Positions 41,701-55,188 of a DNA stretch of 64,000 nt are shown piece by piece. The position numbers and the translations under genes were made by a program. The stretch's first letter is position 1. The number at the start of each line of letters is the position of its first letter. The stretch comes from Eledone cirrhosa. Lineage: Eukaryota. The DNA is taken from assembly GCA_964016885.1 (NCBI GenBank), contig OZ024740.1, positions 311,550,001 to 311,614,000 of the forward strand, in the 5' to 3' direction. The notes under the pieces are model-generated. The model was not told where the DNA came from, did not search any database, and saw only the letters and a list, made by a program, of their open reading frames with translations.

Positions 41701-44692
41701 TTGCAACTGTGACTGTGGTAAGGTAAACACCAATTATTCTTTTGCAACTGTGACTGTGGTAAGGTAAACACCAATTATTCTACTGCAACTGTGACTGTGG
41801 TAAGGTAAACACCAATTATTCTCTTGCAACTGTGACTGTGGTAAGGTAAACACCAATTATTCTCTTGCAACTGTGACTGTGGTAAGGTAAACACCAATAA
41901 TTCTCTTGCAACTGTGACTGTGGTAAGGTAAACACCAATTATTCTCTTGCAACTGTGACTGTGGTAAGGTAAACACCAATTATTCTCTTGCAACTGTGAC
42001 TGTGGTAAGGTAAACACCAATTATTCTCTTGCAACTGTGACTGTGGTAAGGTAAACACCAATTATTCTCTTGCAACCGTGACTGTGGTAAGGTAAACACC
42101 AATAACTCTCTTGCAACTGTGACTGTGGTAAGGTAAACACCAATTATTCTCTTGCAACTGTGACTGTGGTAAGGTAAACACCAATTATTCTCTTGCAACT
42201 GTGACTGTGGTAAGGTAAACACCAATTATTCTCTTGCAACTTTGACTGTGGTAAGGTAAACACCAATTATTCTCTTGCAACTGTGACTGTGGTAAGGTAA
42301 ACACCAATTATTCTCTTGCAACTGTGACTGTGGTAAGGTAAACACCAATTATTCTCTTGCAACTGTGACTGTGGTAAGGTAAACACCAATTATTCTCTTG
42401 CAACTGTGACTGTGGTAAGGTAAACACCAATTATTCTCTTGCAACTGTGACTGTGGTAAGGTAAACACCAATTATTCTCTTGCAACTGTGACTGTGGTAA
42501 GGTAAACACCAATTATTCTCTTGCAACTGTGACTGTGGTAAGGTAAACACCAATTATTCTCTTGCAACTGTGACTGTGGTAAGGTAAACACCAATTATTC
42601 TCTTGCAACTGTGACTGTGGTAAGGTAAACACCAATTATTCTCTTGCAACTGTGACTGTGGTAAGGTAAACACCAATTATTCTCTTGCAACTGTGACTGT
42701 GGTAAGGTAAACACCAATTATTCTCTTGCAACTGTGACTGTGGTAAGGTAAACACCAATAATTCTCTTGCAACTGTGACTGTGGTAAGGTAAACACCAAT
42801 TATTCTCTTGCAACCGTGACTGTGGTAAGGTAAACACCAATTATTCTCTTGCAACTGTGACTGTGGTAAGGTAAACACCAATTATTCTCTTGCAACTGTG
42901 ACTGTGGTAAGGTAAACACCAATTATTCTCTTGCAACTGTGACTGTGGTAAAGTAAACACCAATTATTCTCTTGCAACTGTGACTGTGGTAAGGTAAACA
43001 CCAATTATTCTCTTGCAACTGTGACTGTGGTAAGGTAAACACCAATTATTCTCTTGCAACTGTGACTGTGGTAAGGTAAACACCAATTATTCTCTTGCAA
43101 CTGTGACTGTGGTAAGGTAAACACCAATTATTCTCTTGCAACTGTGACTGTGGTAAGGTAAACACCAATTATTCTCTTGCAACTGTGACTGTGGTAAGGT
43201 AAACACCAATTATTCTCTTGCAACTGTGACTGTGGTAAGGTAAACACCAATTATTCTCTTGCAACTGTGACTGTGGTAAGGTAAACACCAATTATTCTCT
43301 TGCAACTGTGACTGTGGTAAGGTAAACACCAATTATTCTTTTGCAACTGTGACTGTGGTAAGGTAAACACCAATTATTCTCTTGCAACTGTGACTGTGGT
43401 AAGGTAAACACCAATTATTCTCTTGCAACTGTGACTGTGGTAAGGTAAACACCAATTATTCTCTTGCAACTGTGACTGTGGTAAGGTAAACACCAATAAT
43501 TCTCTTGCAACTGTGACTGTGGTAAGGTAAACACCAATTATTCTCTTGCAACTGTGACTGTGGTAAGGTAAACACCAATTATTCTCTTGCAACTGTGACT
43601 GTGGTAAGGTAAACACCAATTATTCTCTTGCAACTGTGACTGTGGTAAGGTAAACACCAATTATTCTCTTGCAACCGTGACTGTGGTAAGGTAAACACCA
43701 ATAACTCTCTTGCAACTGTGACTGTGGTAAGGTAAACACCAATTATTCTCTTGCAACTGTGACTGTGGTAAGGTAAACACCAATTATTCTCTTGCAACTG
43801 TGACTGTGGTAAGGTAAACACCAATTATTCTCTTGCAACTGTGACTGTGGTAAGGTAAACACCAATTATTCTCTTGCAACTGTGACTGTGGTAAGGTAAA
43901 CACCAATTATTCTCTTGCAACTGTGACTGTGGTAAGGTAAACACCAATTATTCTCTTGCAACTGTGACTGTGGTAAGGTAAACACCAATTATTCTCTTGC
44001 AACTGTGACTGTGGTAAGGTAAACACCAATTATTCTCTTGCAACTGTGACTGTGGTAAGGTAAACACCAATTATTCTCTTGCAACTGTGACTGTGGTAAG
44101 GTAAACACCAATTATTCTCTTGCAACTTTGACTGTGGTAAGGTAAACACCAATTATTCTCTTGCAACTGTGACTGTGGTAAGGTAAACACCAATTATTCT
44201 CTTGCAACTGTGACTGTGGTAAGGTAAACACCAATTATTCTCTTGCAACTGTGACTGTGGTAAGGTAAACACCAATTATTCTCTTGCAACTGTGACTGTG
44301 GTAAGGTAAACACCAATAATTCTCTTGCAACTGTGACTGTGGTAAGGTAAACACCAATTATTCTCTTGCAACTGTGACTGTGGTAAGGTAAACACCAATT
44401 ATTCTCTTGCAACTGTGACTGTGGTAAGGTAAACACCAATTATTCTCTTGCAACTGTGACTGTGGTAAGGTAAACACCAATTATTCTCTTGCAACTGTGA
44501 CTGTGGTAAGGTAAACACCAATTATTCTCTTGCAACTGTGACTGTGGTAAGGTAAACACCAATAATTCTCTTGCAACTGTGACTGTGGTAAGGTAAACAC
44601 CAATTTTTCTCTTGCAACTGTGACTGTGGTAAGGTAAACACCAATAATTCTCTTGCAACTGTGACTGTGGTAAGGTAAACACCAATTTTTCT
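38741..44692. repeat. 41-bp tandem satellite, about 145 copies
   Basis: Unit aattattctcttgcaactgtgactgtggtaaggtaaacacc, head-to-tail, no spacers, rare substitutions. Confidence 0.99.
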
Positions 44693-44894
44693 TTTGCTCC
44701 GCAAACATTAACCAATATGTAATACAACAGTGTAACCACGGCCTGGCCAACACTTCAGCCAGTGGACATAGCCTTCTTAAACCTTAATTTTGTTCGTTCC
44801 ATTTGTTTTGGCATGCAAGCTCTAACCACCTCAACTTTTGTTAATAAATTATATTTATTGTTACAACAAACTACAATTATCGTCGACATTATTT

Positions 44895-45010
44895 TATCTT
44901 ACTTCTAAACTGGTTACTATTACTTGCTGCTATACTGGTGACATAATCTTACTTCTAAACTGGTTACTATTACTTGCTGCTATACTGGTGACATAATCTT
45001 ACTTCTAAAT
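44895..45010. repeat. 50-bp tandem duplication (about 2.3 copies)
   Basis: acttctaaa recurs at 44901, 44951 and 45001. Confidence 0.9.
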
Positions 45011-45239
45011 TGATGACTTCTGTTGGTACAAACACACAATTACAAGATATAAACAAAAAAATACTAAATATTTTATTTAAATGCTTCATGGGGAAAAAAA
45101 GTTGTGCATCACTGGTTACCGTCTCGCCTGCCTCATTTCCGCCTCGCAACCAACCAGCGGTACCTGGGTCAGTTCGGTGCCCCCTTCATCAACAGGTACC
45201 CTTCTTGATGTTGAGTGTGTGTACCACACAAATGCTGTT

Positions 45240-45735
45240 ATTGACAAATTCGATTAGCACACGCTATCACACCGCCATAACACGGGCCGGTTCTACGACA
45301 CGCCACCCTGAATGACATCATCAGAAGGAGCCTCGACGCAACCGGCTTCCCATCACAACTTGAAGAAGCTTGGCTCGTCCGTGATGATGGTAAGTGTCCC
45401 GATGAGGGAGGTAATTCTCTAATCTGGGACATAGCATGTTGTGACACGTTCTCCGATTCCAACCTCGTCGCTTCGGCCGTAAACTCGGGCACCGCCACCC
45501 GCAACGCAGAGAAGAGAAAGAAAACCAAAAACTGGAGCTTGACCGACCGCTTTCTTTCGTACCGACCACTGTAGATATCTCTGGTGTGCCCCATCTCCGC
45601 ACGGCTGATTTCCTTCGTAAAATCGGGAAGACAGCAACCCACCTGACGAAGGAAGCCCCGTGAGAGGTGTGGTTGTTGCAGCGGGTGTCGTTGGACATTC
45701 TCCGCGGCAATACATTTGCCATTTTGTCCGCTCAG
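45240..45735 (+). mobile_element. CRE-clade retrotransposon 3' fragment
   Basis: LRHATLNDIIRRSLDATGFPSQLE, IWDIACCDTF and WLLQRVSLDILRGN. Confidence 0.75.
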
Positions 45736-47094
45736 AACAATTGAAACATCGCTCGGGCGATGTAGAGTCTGTCGCTCCCCTTCACCCTTTCTTCTGTTGC
45801 TTCATTCTTTTTTTTTCCTCTTTTTCTTCTTTTCCTTTTTTTTTTTTTGTTTCTTTATTGCCATCTATAGTGTACAGTTTTTATCACATTTTCTAATGAT
45901 AAGGCGTATATTGAAGATACTAATTTTCAAGCAGCTCATTGCCATGAAAAATCTCCACAGTGAGAAACCCAATAGACTACTCTCAAAGCCAAATACAGTG
46001 TGAAAGAGTCAATCTTAGTTTTCTGTCTTTGACTCATTACCATTACTTTCTTTTCTTGCCAGCCATGTTTTTCTTAATGAGCCAAAGAGACAGCCTTTAC
46101 GACAGGCACACATAGCTTGTGTAACTCGGACTGCATGCGGCACTTTATAACTTTTTGTAAGGCACACAATAATGCCATAATTATATAAACATGATAATCT
46201 TTTATTAATATTTTGTAATATAATCTTTTTTTCTCTCTGATTCACTTACATTTTCTTCCGATAAATATTTGGTTGGAACCGGGTGATTCCATGAAATATC
46301 AGCAATGTAACGTATGATGTTTGGTAAATTATTTTTTTGATAGTGTGGTTCACAATAGACTGGTCCACAAAAATACGCATACATACATAGACACACACAC
46401 ACGTGTGTGTGTGTTATAGCAGTGAAGCTATAACAATAACTCGAGGGCGAAGAGTTTAGAGCACACTTATCAAACTGGTAAAGTTCTCCTGTTTGCATGA
46501 GCTTATATAAAGAGACATCCACCCGTAGAGGAGGCTTACAAAACAAAAAAAAGGAAAACTCAATATCAACAGGCTGCTGCAGTTTCCGACTTCCAAATCC
46601 CACTCACAAAACATTGGTCAATGAGAAGTTATAGTAGAAACACATTAAACAAGCCTCAAGCACAGACATCGCTGGATATGTGACACTTTTTTTGTTATGC
46701 ATGGCATAGCTGGCCATAGGCAAATCCCTAGCAGGACTAAAAAGCCACGTTAGTGATGCTCATGTATTAAGTATCAAGCGATGGCATTATTCAAAACCGC
46801 GTTGCAGCCATCATGCATAAATGCATGTGTGTGTCCTTCTGGTTTTAGAATTTCACAAAGTTTTACCAATAGAGAGTGAGTCGGTTTCTAACATAGACAC
46901 AAGACTCTCTCATTGGAATTTACACATCAACTAGGTAAGATATGTATGCATGTCTGCAGGTATGGATGTAATTGTATGTGTGGATGTGTATGTTTTGAGT
47001 TGTATGTATACATGTTCATATGCTTTGTATCTGTACATGTGTATATGCAGTTATTAGATGCAGAATTTTTGGAATGTTTTATTTTTACTGTTCC

Positions 47095-48262
47095 ATTAAT
47101 GGATTATACGTATAATTTCCTAACTAGTTGTGTTCTTTCTGTTCCTGTGAAGCTTAGCTTCTCAAGATTTGTATTGAGGCAGTTACTAACATACCCCAGT
47201 GTCCCAATAATCACAGGCATAAATCTGAAGGTGTATTCAGGGTGGAGTATCTGCAGATTTCACATTAGTTCTGCATAGATATTCTCCTTTTCGCTAATCT
47301 TTGATATTATATTGGCATCTGTTGGGCAGCTAACTTCCACTATTGTGCATGCCTTCTTTCCTCTGTTCCATATCATAATATCTCGTATGTTATGCTTGCA
47401 TCTTATTGGGGTTCTGACTGGGACATTCCACGAGTACTCTTTCATATTATGTATATGTATGTCTTCCACATTGTTGTAGCTTTTAATGTGTTTATTGTCG
47501 GGGCTATCTTTTCTACGGATTGCATTGTACAGTGTTTTGGTCACTATGTCATACCACATAGGTAGATAGCACCGCGATGACATCTTTGGGCAGTTACTGA
47601 TGATATGGGTAACATCTTCGAGGTTAATTCTGCAGAGTCTGCACTTGTCACATCTAGGTGTTTTGCCTGCATCCCTATCTCTTTTGTGAATCAGGTATTT
47701 TGTGTTGATTTCCTCTTCTTGGATTGCAAAATCGTATCCTTCAAAGTGGGAGCCAATATAGCGGTTGTTGGTCCAAGACTACGTTGCTTATCTATATTAA
47801 TCTCACTCTGGAAATTCCTGGCAACATATCCATGCATGATTTTTTGCTGATAAACATGCAGTTTTTCATCAATGGATTCACTGCGGTACTGCTGGACAAC
47901 TTCCCTGGGTGCGAGCTTTTGATTATCATTCAGGGAATATCTTTCAAGGAGTTCCTTACCAACTCCCATGATCTTATCTGTCTCATGCAGATAGACTTGC
48001 TCGATAGATGGGATCCTACGCTTCGAGGTTCGTAGATGTTGTCGGAGGGATATGATGCGACATTCAAATGCTGTCTCGACTGATGTTAGGCCTCTGCCTC
48101 CCTGCTTACGTTTCAAGTATAGGCGGTCTATGTCCCTGTTGATGTGGAAGTTTCTGGTATTGTTTAGTATTTTTCGAGTCCTAGCATCAATTGCTGGGAT
48201 TTCGTCCCTCGTTCAATCGAATATTCCAAATGTTGGTGTTAGGACAGGCACAACAAACACAT
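47095..48262 (-). mobile_element. R4/Dong-like retrotransposon 3' part
   Basis: VPVLTPTFGI, DRLYLKRKQGGRGL, CRLCR...THIISNCP and EVSCPTDANIISKISEKENIYAEL. Confidence 0.85.
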
Positions 48263-49114
48263 TGTATGTATGTATGTATGTATGTATGTATGTATGTATG
48301 TATGTATGTATGTATGTATGTATGTATGTATGTATGTTAATTAATAAAGGAAACAAAACAAACACAGGAACACCAACAATGCGAAGGAAATAATTTTCAA
48401 ACTTGAAAGCATAAAAATTCAAATTTTGACAAAAATCTTATTTTTATTGTTTATTTCCAGCAGCACTTTTGCTTAAGAAAACTTTTATTCGCTGCAATAA
48501 TTCCCTCCTCTACTTCATGACTCTACCCTAAAGAGTGTATTCAGTTATTTATCACTTTCACCTGCCTGTCTAACCAATACTGTCTTTAGTTTTCTTTGAA
48601 TTTTGTACAGCTATAATTTTATCTATAGCAATTATAATTTTAGAGAGAAACTATCATATTTCACTATTTTATAACTTTCCATGTCACAAAGTTACTTCAA
48701 GATTTTTTTCATTTCCCTTTCATAGATTTATTCCATTATCTATTTATTCCAATCTTTTTTTTTATGTTAAAAACCTATAACACAAAAATGTTTTCGTTTC
48801 TCTTTCATACATCAATCATTTTTGATCCAAGTTTATTTATTTATTTATTTATTTCAACCTATCTCATAAATATCAAAAATTTATTTCAATAATTTATGTT
48901 TCCATTTTTTAAAATAAATATTTAGGAAAAATGTAAAAGATAGGGTTGGAGGGTAATGTAAGCGAGTTCAACTATTTTTTCCCCCCCTCTATTTATTTTG
49001 GTCTTATAAATGTTGCGAAGTTAAATCAATAAATCACGCGTGAATTAGAATATGGTCATGATTGAAATTTTTGAAGATAGAATTAGAAGTTATATATATA
49101 TATATATATATATA

Positions 49115-50027
49115 CTAGCAGTGGTACCCGGCGTTGCACGGGATAAGGTATTTTAGAACGCGGGCCACCAACAGACCTAATCGTGGAAAAACTGCATACC
49201 TGGACAATATGTAAAGAAAATAAACCGAATACTCTGATGGCTGGATAATCTTTAAGATTTTCCTCGATGAAGCAGGAAAAATGCGGGTTTTCACCTAATG
49301 CGGGCCCTGAGGGATCAAGAAAATGAATATTTTTTATGTGCATAATATGCCTTGAAATTTCGGGAAAATCGGGTAGACGTAACGCCTACAAGAAGCCCTA
49401 AGAAGCTGAAAAAATGAAGTTTTTCGTCTAATACTAGGCCATAAGAAAGTTGGATTTTCTTTGCTTACGGTATGAAGAAGAGACTGACTAATACATAGTT
49501 ACAATTTCAAGGAAATCGGTCTCACGTAACGCCTCAAAAAACCCCTGAAAATCTTAAAAAACGCAGTTTTTCACCCAAGGAGATAAAAAAGTTGAATTTT
49601 ATGTGCATAACATTCCCTGAAACATAAGTAATACACATCTAAGGTTTGAAAAAAATCTGTTGGGTACTTCTCGAGTTTTAGGGATTCAAACTCACAGACA
49701 AACACACACGCACACGCACGCACACACATCCGCAGGGAAGTGACGTAATGCAGACAGCCAGACATACAGACATATATTATAAGGGCGCGACGTTATATGT
49801 ATGTATCTATCTAAAAAGAGAACAACTAAGAATTATAGAGAGAGATCGCTAAATCGCCTAATCCGGTCCCTAGGGCATCGAAAATTTGAATTTTGTTTTG
49901 CTCAAAACACTTCCTGAAACATAAGTATTACATGTGTAAAGTTTGAAAACAGTCGGTTGGGTGGTTCTCTAGTTTTAGGGATTCGAACTGACACACACAC
50001 ACACATCCTCAGTTTTATATATATAGA
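49115..50027 (-). mobile_element. Non-autonomous Helitron (second family)
   Basis: 5' TCTATATATATAAAACTGAGG; 3' cccgtgcaacgccggg hairpin followed by CTAG. Confidence 0.8.
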
Positions 50028-50330
50028 CTAGCAGAAAACCACCCGGTGGGCGGTTTTCTGCTAGCAAATCTAGTGTATATACTGATATTGTTGAGATTTG
50101 GATGAGAAATGTTTTCGGCACCACATGTTCACCGTCTCTCGGTGTGTCTTTTATGCATGTATAAATATATATGTTATCTATACGGTGAAATCTTTGAAAT
50201 AAATATATGTTAAAACGAAAAAGGAGAAAAAGAGATTAGTGACGGAAATATAAACGTTATGATACATAAACGTTATGATATAACGATGGAAATATATCTT
50301 CAAATGGTCCTTGGCATGGTGTCAAGTCAG
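50028..50330 (-). mobile_element. Helitron-like 3' end abutting the previous element
   Basis: Hairpin ctagcagaaaaccacccggtgggcggttttctgctag (50028-50064); homologous to 440-741. Confidence 0.55.
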
Positions 50331-50572
50331 AACCGCCTCGAACTGGTTACTTCTGGCTTGTGCAAGGTGTCTCTATAGCAACCAGCGATTCCCTCGGCCT
50401 CAGTGACCAAACTCAGTGGAGAGGGGAAGGTAATGTTTCTATAGCGACAGTGTTTCTCTTGGTAGTACCAAAGTGGAGAAAGGAAGGGGAAGGTAATATT
50501 TCTGTAGCCCCTACATTTGTGTTTTAGGGAAGGACAGACATACAGACAAACAGAGAAATGCCCATATATTTC

Positions 50573-50613
<41 letters not shown>

Positions 50614-50639
50614 CACACACAGAAATGTATATATATTTC

Positions 50640-50682
<43 letters not shown>

Positions 50683-51580
50683 CACACACAGAAATGTATA
50701 TATATTTCTTAGAACAAAATTATTATTAATGTTTTGCTGTTCATAACAATTGGAATTGAAAATTACTTTTGAAATTATTAGTTATTTTACTAATGCTTAG
50801 ATATGTAAAAATGAAGCAATGTTTCTAATAATTGTTTCTACTTTTGGCACAAGGCCAGCAATTACCCAGTACATTACTGGTACTTTATTTTATCGACCCC
50901 GTGAGGATGAAAGGCAAAGTTAACCTCGGCGGTATTTGAACTCATACCGTAAAGGGACGTAACTCCATGCTATGAAGCATGGTGTCCGACTCTCTACAGA
51001 TTCTGCCAATCCACCGCCCTAATGTCTGTACGTAATGAGGGAGTGAGAGGGGAGAGAAAGAAAGGCAGAGGTGAAGTGACGAAGTGACTCTCTCCTCCTC
51101 CTCCTCCTCCTTCTCCATCTCCCCATTCGTCACAGCGATAGAGGGGAGAAATGTTAGTGTGTTACAAAGAGAAAGAGTTAGAGTGAGAGAAACAGACAGA
51201 CTAAAAGAGAGGGATAGCTGGAGAGAGAGAGAGAGATAGCAACCACGCGCGCACGTGTTTCCACTGTCGGACAGACAGACAGAGAAATTGCTGGTTATAT
51301 ATTATAAGGAGATTATAAGAACAGATTAAAGTTTAAACAAAGAATCGCTGCTTTCACCCTTAACGTGATCTTTCAGAAGATCCAGGGTTTATATATATAT
51401 TATATATATATAATCCTTATCGAGCCCTCTTCGGATTTTAGTCCTTACATTTATTATTACTATATATAAATATATATATATATATATATGTATGTAAAAG
51501 GTAAACAGAAATAACAACACAATCGGTACAGTATATGGAAGGTATATATTAGGTTAACGCTTGATATAGCAGGAAGAGGG

Positions 51581-51616
51581 TCTTAACGTTTCGAACGCTA
51601 GTCCTTCATCAGAAGA
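51581..51616 (-). ncRNA. Minimal type I hammerhead-like motif (dimer-dependent stem III)
   Basis: tctt CTGATGA a ggac-tagc-gttc GAA ACGT T aaga. Confidence 0.55.
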
Positions 51617-51639
51617 AAGAATGAGAAATAAAATATATC

Positions 51640-52398
51640 AAATCCAAACCACAAACTACCGGTTTTCCCTTCGAAATAATCTCTCCCGTGTCTAACGTAC
51701 TTTCCCATCCGCCACACCTCCATACACTCCTGGAAGGATTCTCTCAGGATTTTCTGCAGCTCCGTTGTCGTGGCCTTCTCGATGGTTATAAGAAAAAAAA
51801 CGAGTCGTACTCGAAGATCCATGACTCATCACCTGTGATGACTCTCCCCAGCAAGTCTGGTTTGGTTTCAAGACACTCGAGGATGTCCTGACACACCTGC
51901 GCCACTCCTGGTTATCGTTCAGCAGCCTCGGCACCATCTTCTCGCAGATCTTCTGCAAGCCCAAATCTTTGGTAATAACCTTTCAAACGCTGTCACGGTT
52001 CACACCCAGCTTACTTGCGATCAGTCGAACAATCAGTCGACGACCACCATGCACCACCTGCCTCATACGCTCAACATTGACCTCAGTCCTGCTCGTAAAT
52101 CCGTGAGCGCGACATCATCTCATCTCCATACACGTGCTGCAGTATTCCGAGTGCTTCTGACGGAGTTTTCCTAAGCCGGACCCAAAACTTCAGGTTGGTT
52201 CGTTGCTCTGTGTCCATCACTCGATGACCTAAAATCGAGGAGATGTTAACAAAAGCACGCGAATAAACATGTAATGGTTGCAGAGAGTTGAGATCGCAGT
52301 TATATACTGACCGGTTATTACATAAGGTGTCGCAACCTACTAATCTCTACCCAACTCATAGCACACTAAATCCTATTACTTTTCTGACGCACCTCGTA
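51640..52398 (-). mobile_element. Internally deleted mariner
   Basis: Terminus TA|cgaggtgcgtcagaaaagt; LGLQKICEKMVPRLL, VITGDESWIFEY and GRDYFEG. Confidence 0.85.
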
Positions 52399-53149
52399 TA
52401 TTGACATACCTAATATTGACATAGTCTAATATTAGGGTATATGAACTCCCATAACGGAAAAAATGAGCATTAGCACGTGTGCTAATTCTATTTTCAACAA
52501 TGATGTATTTGTTTTAATGTTTCCTATAAAATGTTTAACGACCAAATTTGACTACATGTACACCATTCGTTATAGGTGCTTAGAACGCTATGAGTGACCA
52601 CATACCGGCTCTGTGATTGTTGTATGTGGTTGAAAAGCTGAAGTGAAAGTGTTAAAAGTAACATTTTTTGGTGAAAAGCGAAAGTATTACATGTAGTGCA
52701 TAATAATTTACATAATTTATATATTTACAGTTAAAACCCCTGTAGCAGTTTTAACATAACACACCTACTTGATTTAATAATACTTCTTTAAAAATATTAA
52801 ACTGGAAAAATTGATATTTAAATGTTATGTTTCAGATACAATTTAAACGCCGGAGGCAGTTTCAACCAAACCAACTGAATATTGAACAAGGATTATTTAA
52901 ATTTAAATATTAAATTTAGAGAAAAATTCCATTGTATAATATTTTCGATCTTATTGGACAATGTAGCTTCTGATATACTAACAGATGGGATGAGCCCAAA
53001 TGGACCGACTTTCATATTAGGACTGTTCAACCAAGGCCGAGCTGGAGTTAAAGAGTAACGAAGTAATGGTCCAGATACAAAAGATCACAAAACATTGAAA
53101 TAACAAAAAATCTTAACCTACAAAAAGATTTATTTATTTAGCTACAAAA

Positions 53150-53350
53150 CCTACTAAACTCTCTTTGCTCCCAAAATCATTTGGAAAGGGATCTGAAATG
53201 ATATCATTACATGCACTATTCATTTCGAAAAGAATGGGATCCTTGGTACCATTTATTGCATTGCTGATGCCATATTTTAAAAATGCCTTTATCATTATAT
53301 CACTTCTCACTTTTCCAACAAATTCTTCAGCAACATGCTCTGGTCTAGTA
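53150..53350 (-). mobile_element. pogo-type transposase C-terminal remnant
   Basis: MIKAFLKYGISNAINGTKDPILFE resembles the pogo KSFKKCGISNALDGxEDDxLF tail. Confidence 0.5.
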
Positions 53351-53829
53351 CTGTGAGTACTGTAGTAATGTAATGAAATTTTTACTTTACACCATTAAAA
53401 GAAATATGAGGACTAATTCATTAACTGTTTCAATTCTTTTTGCTATAGTTGAACTGCTGGGGTAATGCTAAATGGAGTAATGTAATATATAAAAAAAAAA
53501 TCGATCCCAGTACGTTACTAGTGCTTTATTTTATCGAGCTCGCATGGATGAAAGGCAAAGTTAACCTCTGCGGGATTTGAACTCAGAGCGTAAAGGACCG
53601 TAACTCTATGCTGCAAAGCATGGTGTCCGATTCTACCGATACTGCCAAAGCAGTCCAGGGTTGAATTGAAGCGGTTTAGTTGCACCTGTATTTGATGGAA
53701 AAGGAAATTGAAAAAATATATAAAATATGAGAATAACTGTAATAATCGTTACTCGAATGATACAATCCCTGACAATGTGGAAGAACGCTGTTTGGTATGC
53801 AGAACCCCTGGCACAAGCCATCTCGTGGT

Positions 53830-54120
53830 CACGGCAAACAGAATGGAAAAAATGTTGCCTCGGGGGATAGCAAAGGAGACGCGTTGAAATAACCATTTTA
53901 ACTCACTTCTGTGGGTGGCCCACTTCTCCCTGATAGCAGTGAGTAAGAAGGTGATATGGAGACCAAGAACACCAGAAGTCTCCACCGTTATAAGTTCAAC
54001 GACAACAAGCCTATCAGAAACAACTGATATTTCAATAGTTTGTGATTTTCAGTTAGTCGGAAAACGAAGCCTGGGTCTGTGACCGAACGCACCAAGTTGC
54101 CACTGGACAGAGTGTGGCTA
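53830..54120 (-). mobile_element. CRE-clade retrotransposon 3' fragment
   Basis: TLSSGNLVRSVTDPG, VETSGVLG and WLFQRVSFAIPRGN. Confidence 0.75.
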
Positions 54121-55188
54121 GATGGATGGTATCTGTATAAAGAAGGTGAAGGAGTTAATAGTAATATCACCTGTATATGAGTGGCTGTTGTTAAAGGTGA
54201 CGGCAAATAGTTCAACAGAACAAATATTGCGAAGCAGCGTTTTATGGTTTCCTCAATGATGTTTGTATCCTTTGCTGATATTACATCAGCAAAAGATGCA
54301 TGCATACATACATACATACATACATACATACATACATACATACATACATACATACATACATGCACACATACATACATGCATGCATGGTGGCTGCCAACTC
54401 GTTTTCGAGTACGGCCACTACTTTATATCCATGTAGGAGAACCCCTACCGATACGCTGAACGAGTGTGACTTTTTAGTCCAGCCAACGACTTGAAAACTC
54501 TGGTACAAACACTACACTTGTGACAATTATTGACACATAGTGCAGGACCCATGGTACCATGTGACGACAAGTGCAGAGAGATCTCCAGATATAAAGCAAT
54601 GCCTGTGCCGTGAAGCTTTTATAGTGAGCAAAGGCACTGCACAAAGCCAGTCCCACTCTCTTAACCAAGATGATATTTACCAAAAAGAAGAACAAGTCAA
54701 CATCATTGGATACCATCAGAGTTGCAGGTGTTATATCAGAGTTTGCCTTCTCCTAGAATTCTGCCTATATATGCATACATGCATATATACATACATGCAT
54801 ATATACATACATGCATATATACATACATATACACATACATGATGGCTATATCTCGATTTTGAGAAATGATATCACTTGATCCTTTTCGTACACATGGCTG
54901 GTACGAACATGACTTTTTAGACCTGCCAAGGACTTATATTCCTTTCTGCATTTGCTAGAGCGAAAAAAAAATTGCCTTTTCCACTACGGCCAGCCTTGCA
55001 CATGCAACACACGTGTAAGATGTTTAGATCAAGTGATGCCTGTGCTTGAAGCTTTTGTAAGTGAAAGCCTTGCACTAGACCAGAAGTTCTCAAACTTTTT
55101 GGGTCACCGCCCCCTCACGTAATACCCTCAGCACCCCACCCCTATTTCTAGAAAGACTTGCCTAAACTAAAATTGTAAATATATAATA

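Noticed and set aside
38741-44692. CRISPR array
   Set aside because: Units are contiguous with no unique spacers, no cas genes are present, and the context is eukaryotic.
38823-44753. Repeated MVFTLPQSQLQEN ORFs
   Set aside because: Artefacts of translating a 41-bp satellite; ORF length depends on single variants removing a stop.
51410-51450. Degenerate hammerhead-like strings (also about 60265-60295, minus strand)
   Set aside because: GATA instead of GAAA and stem II too short to fold; at most remnants.
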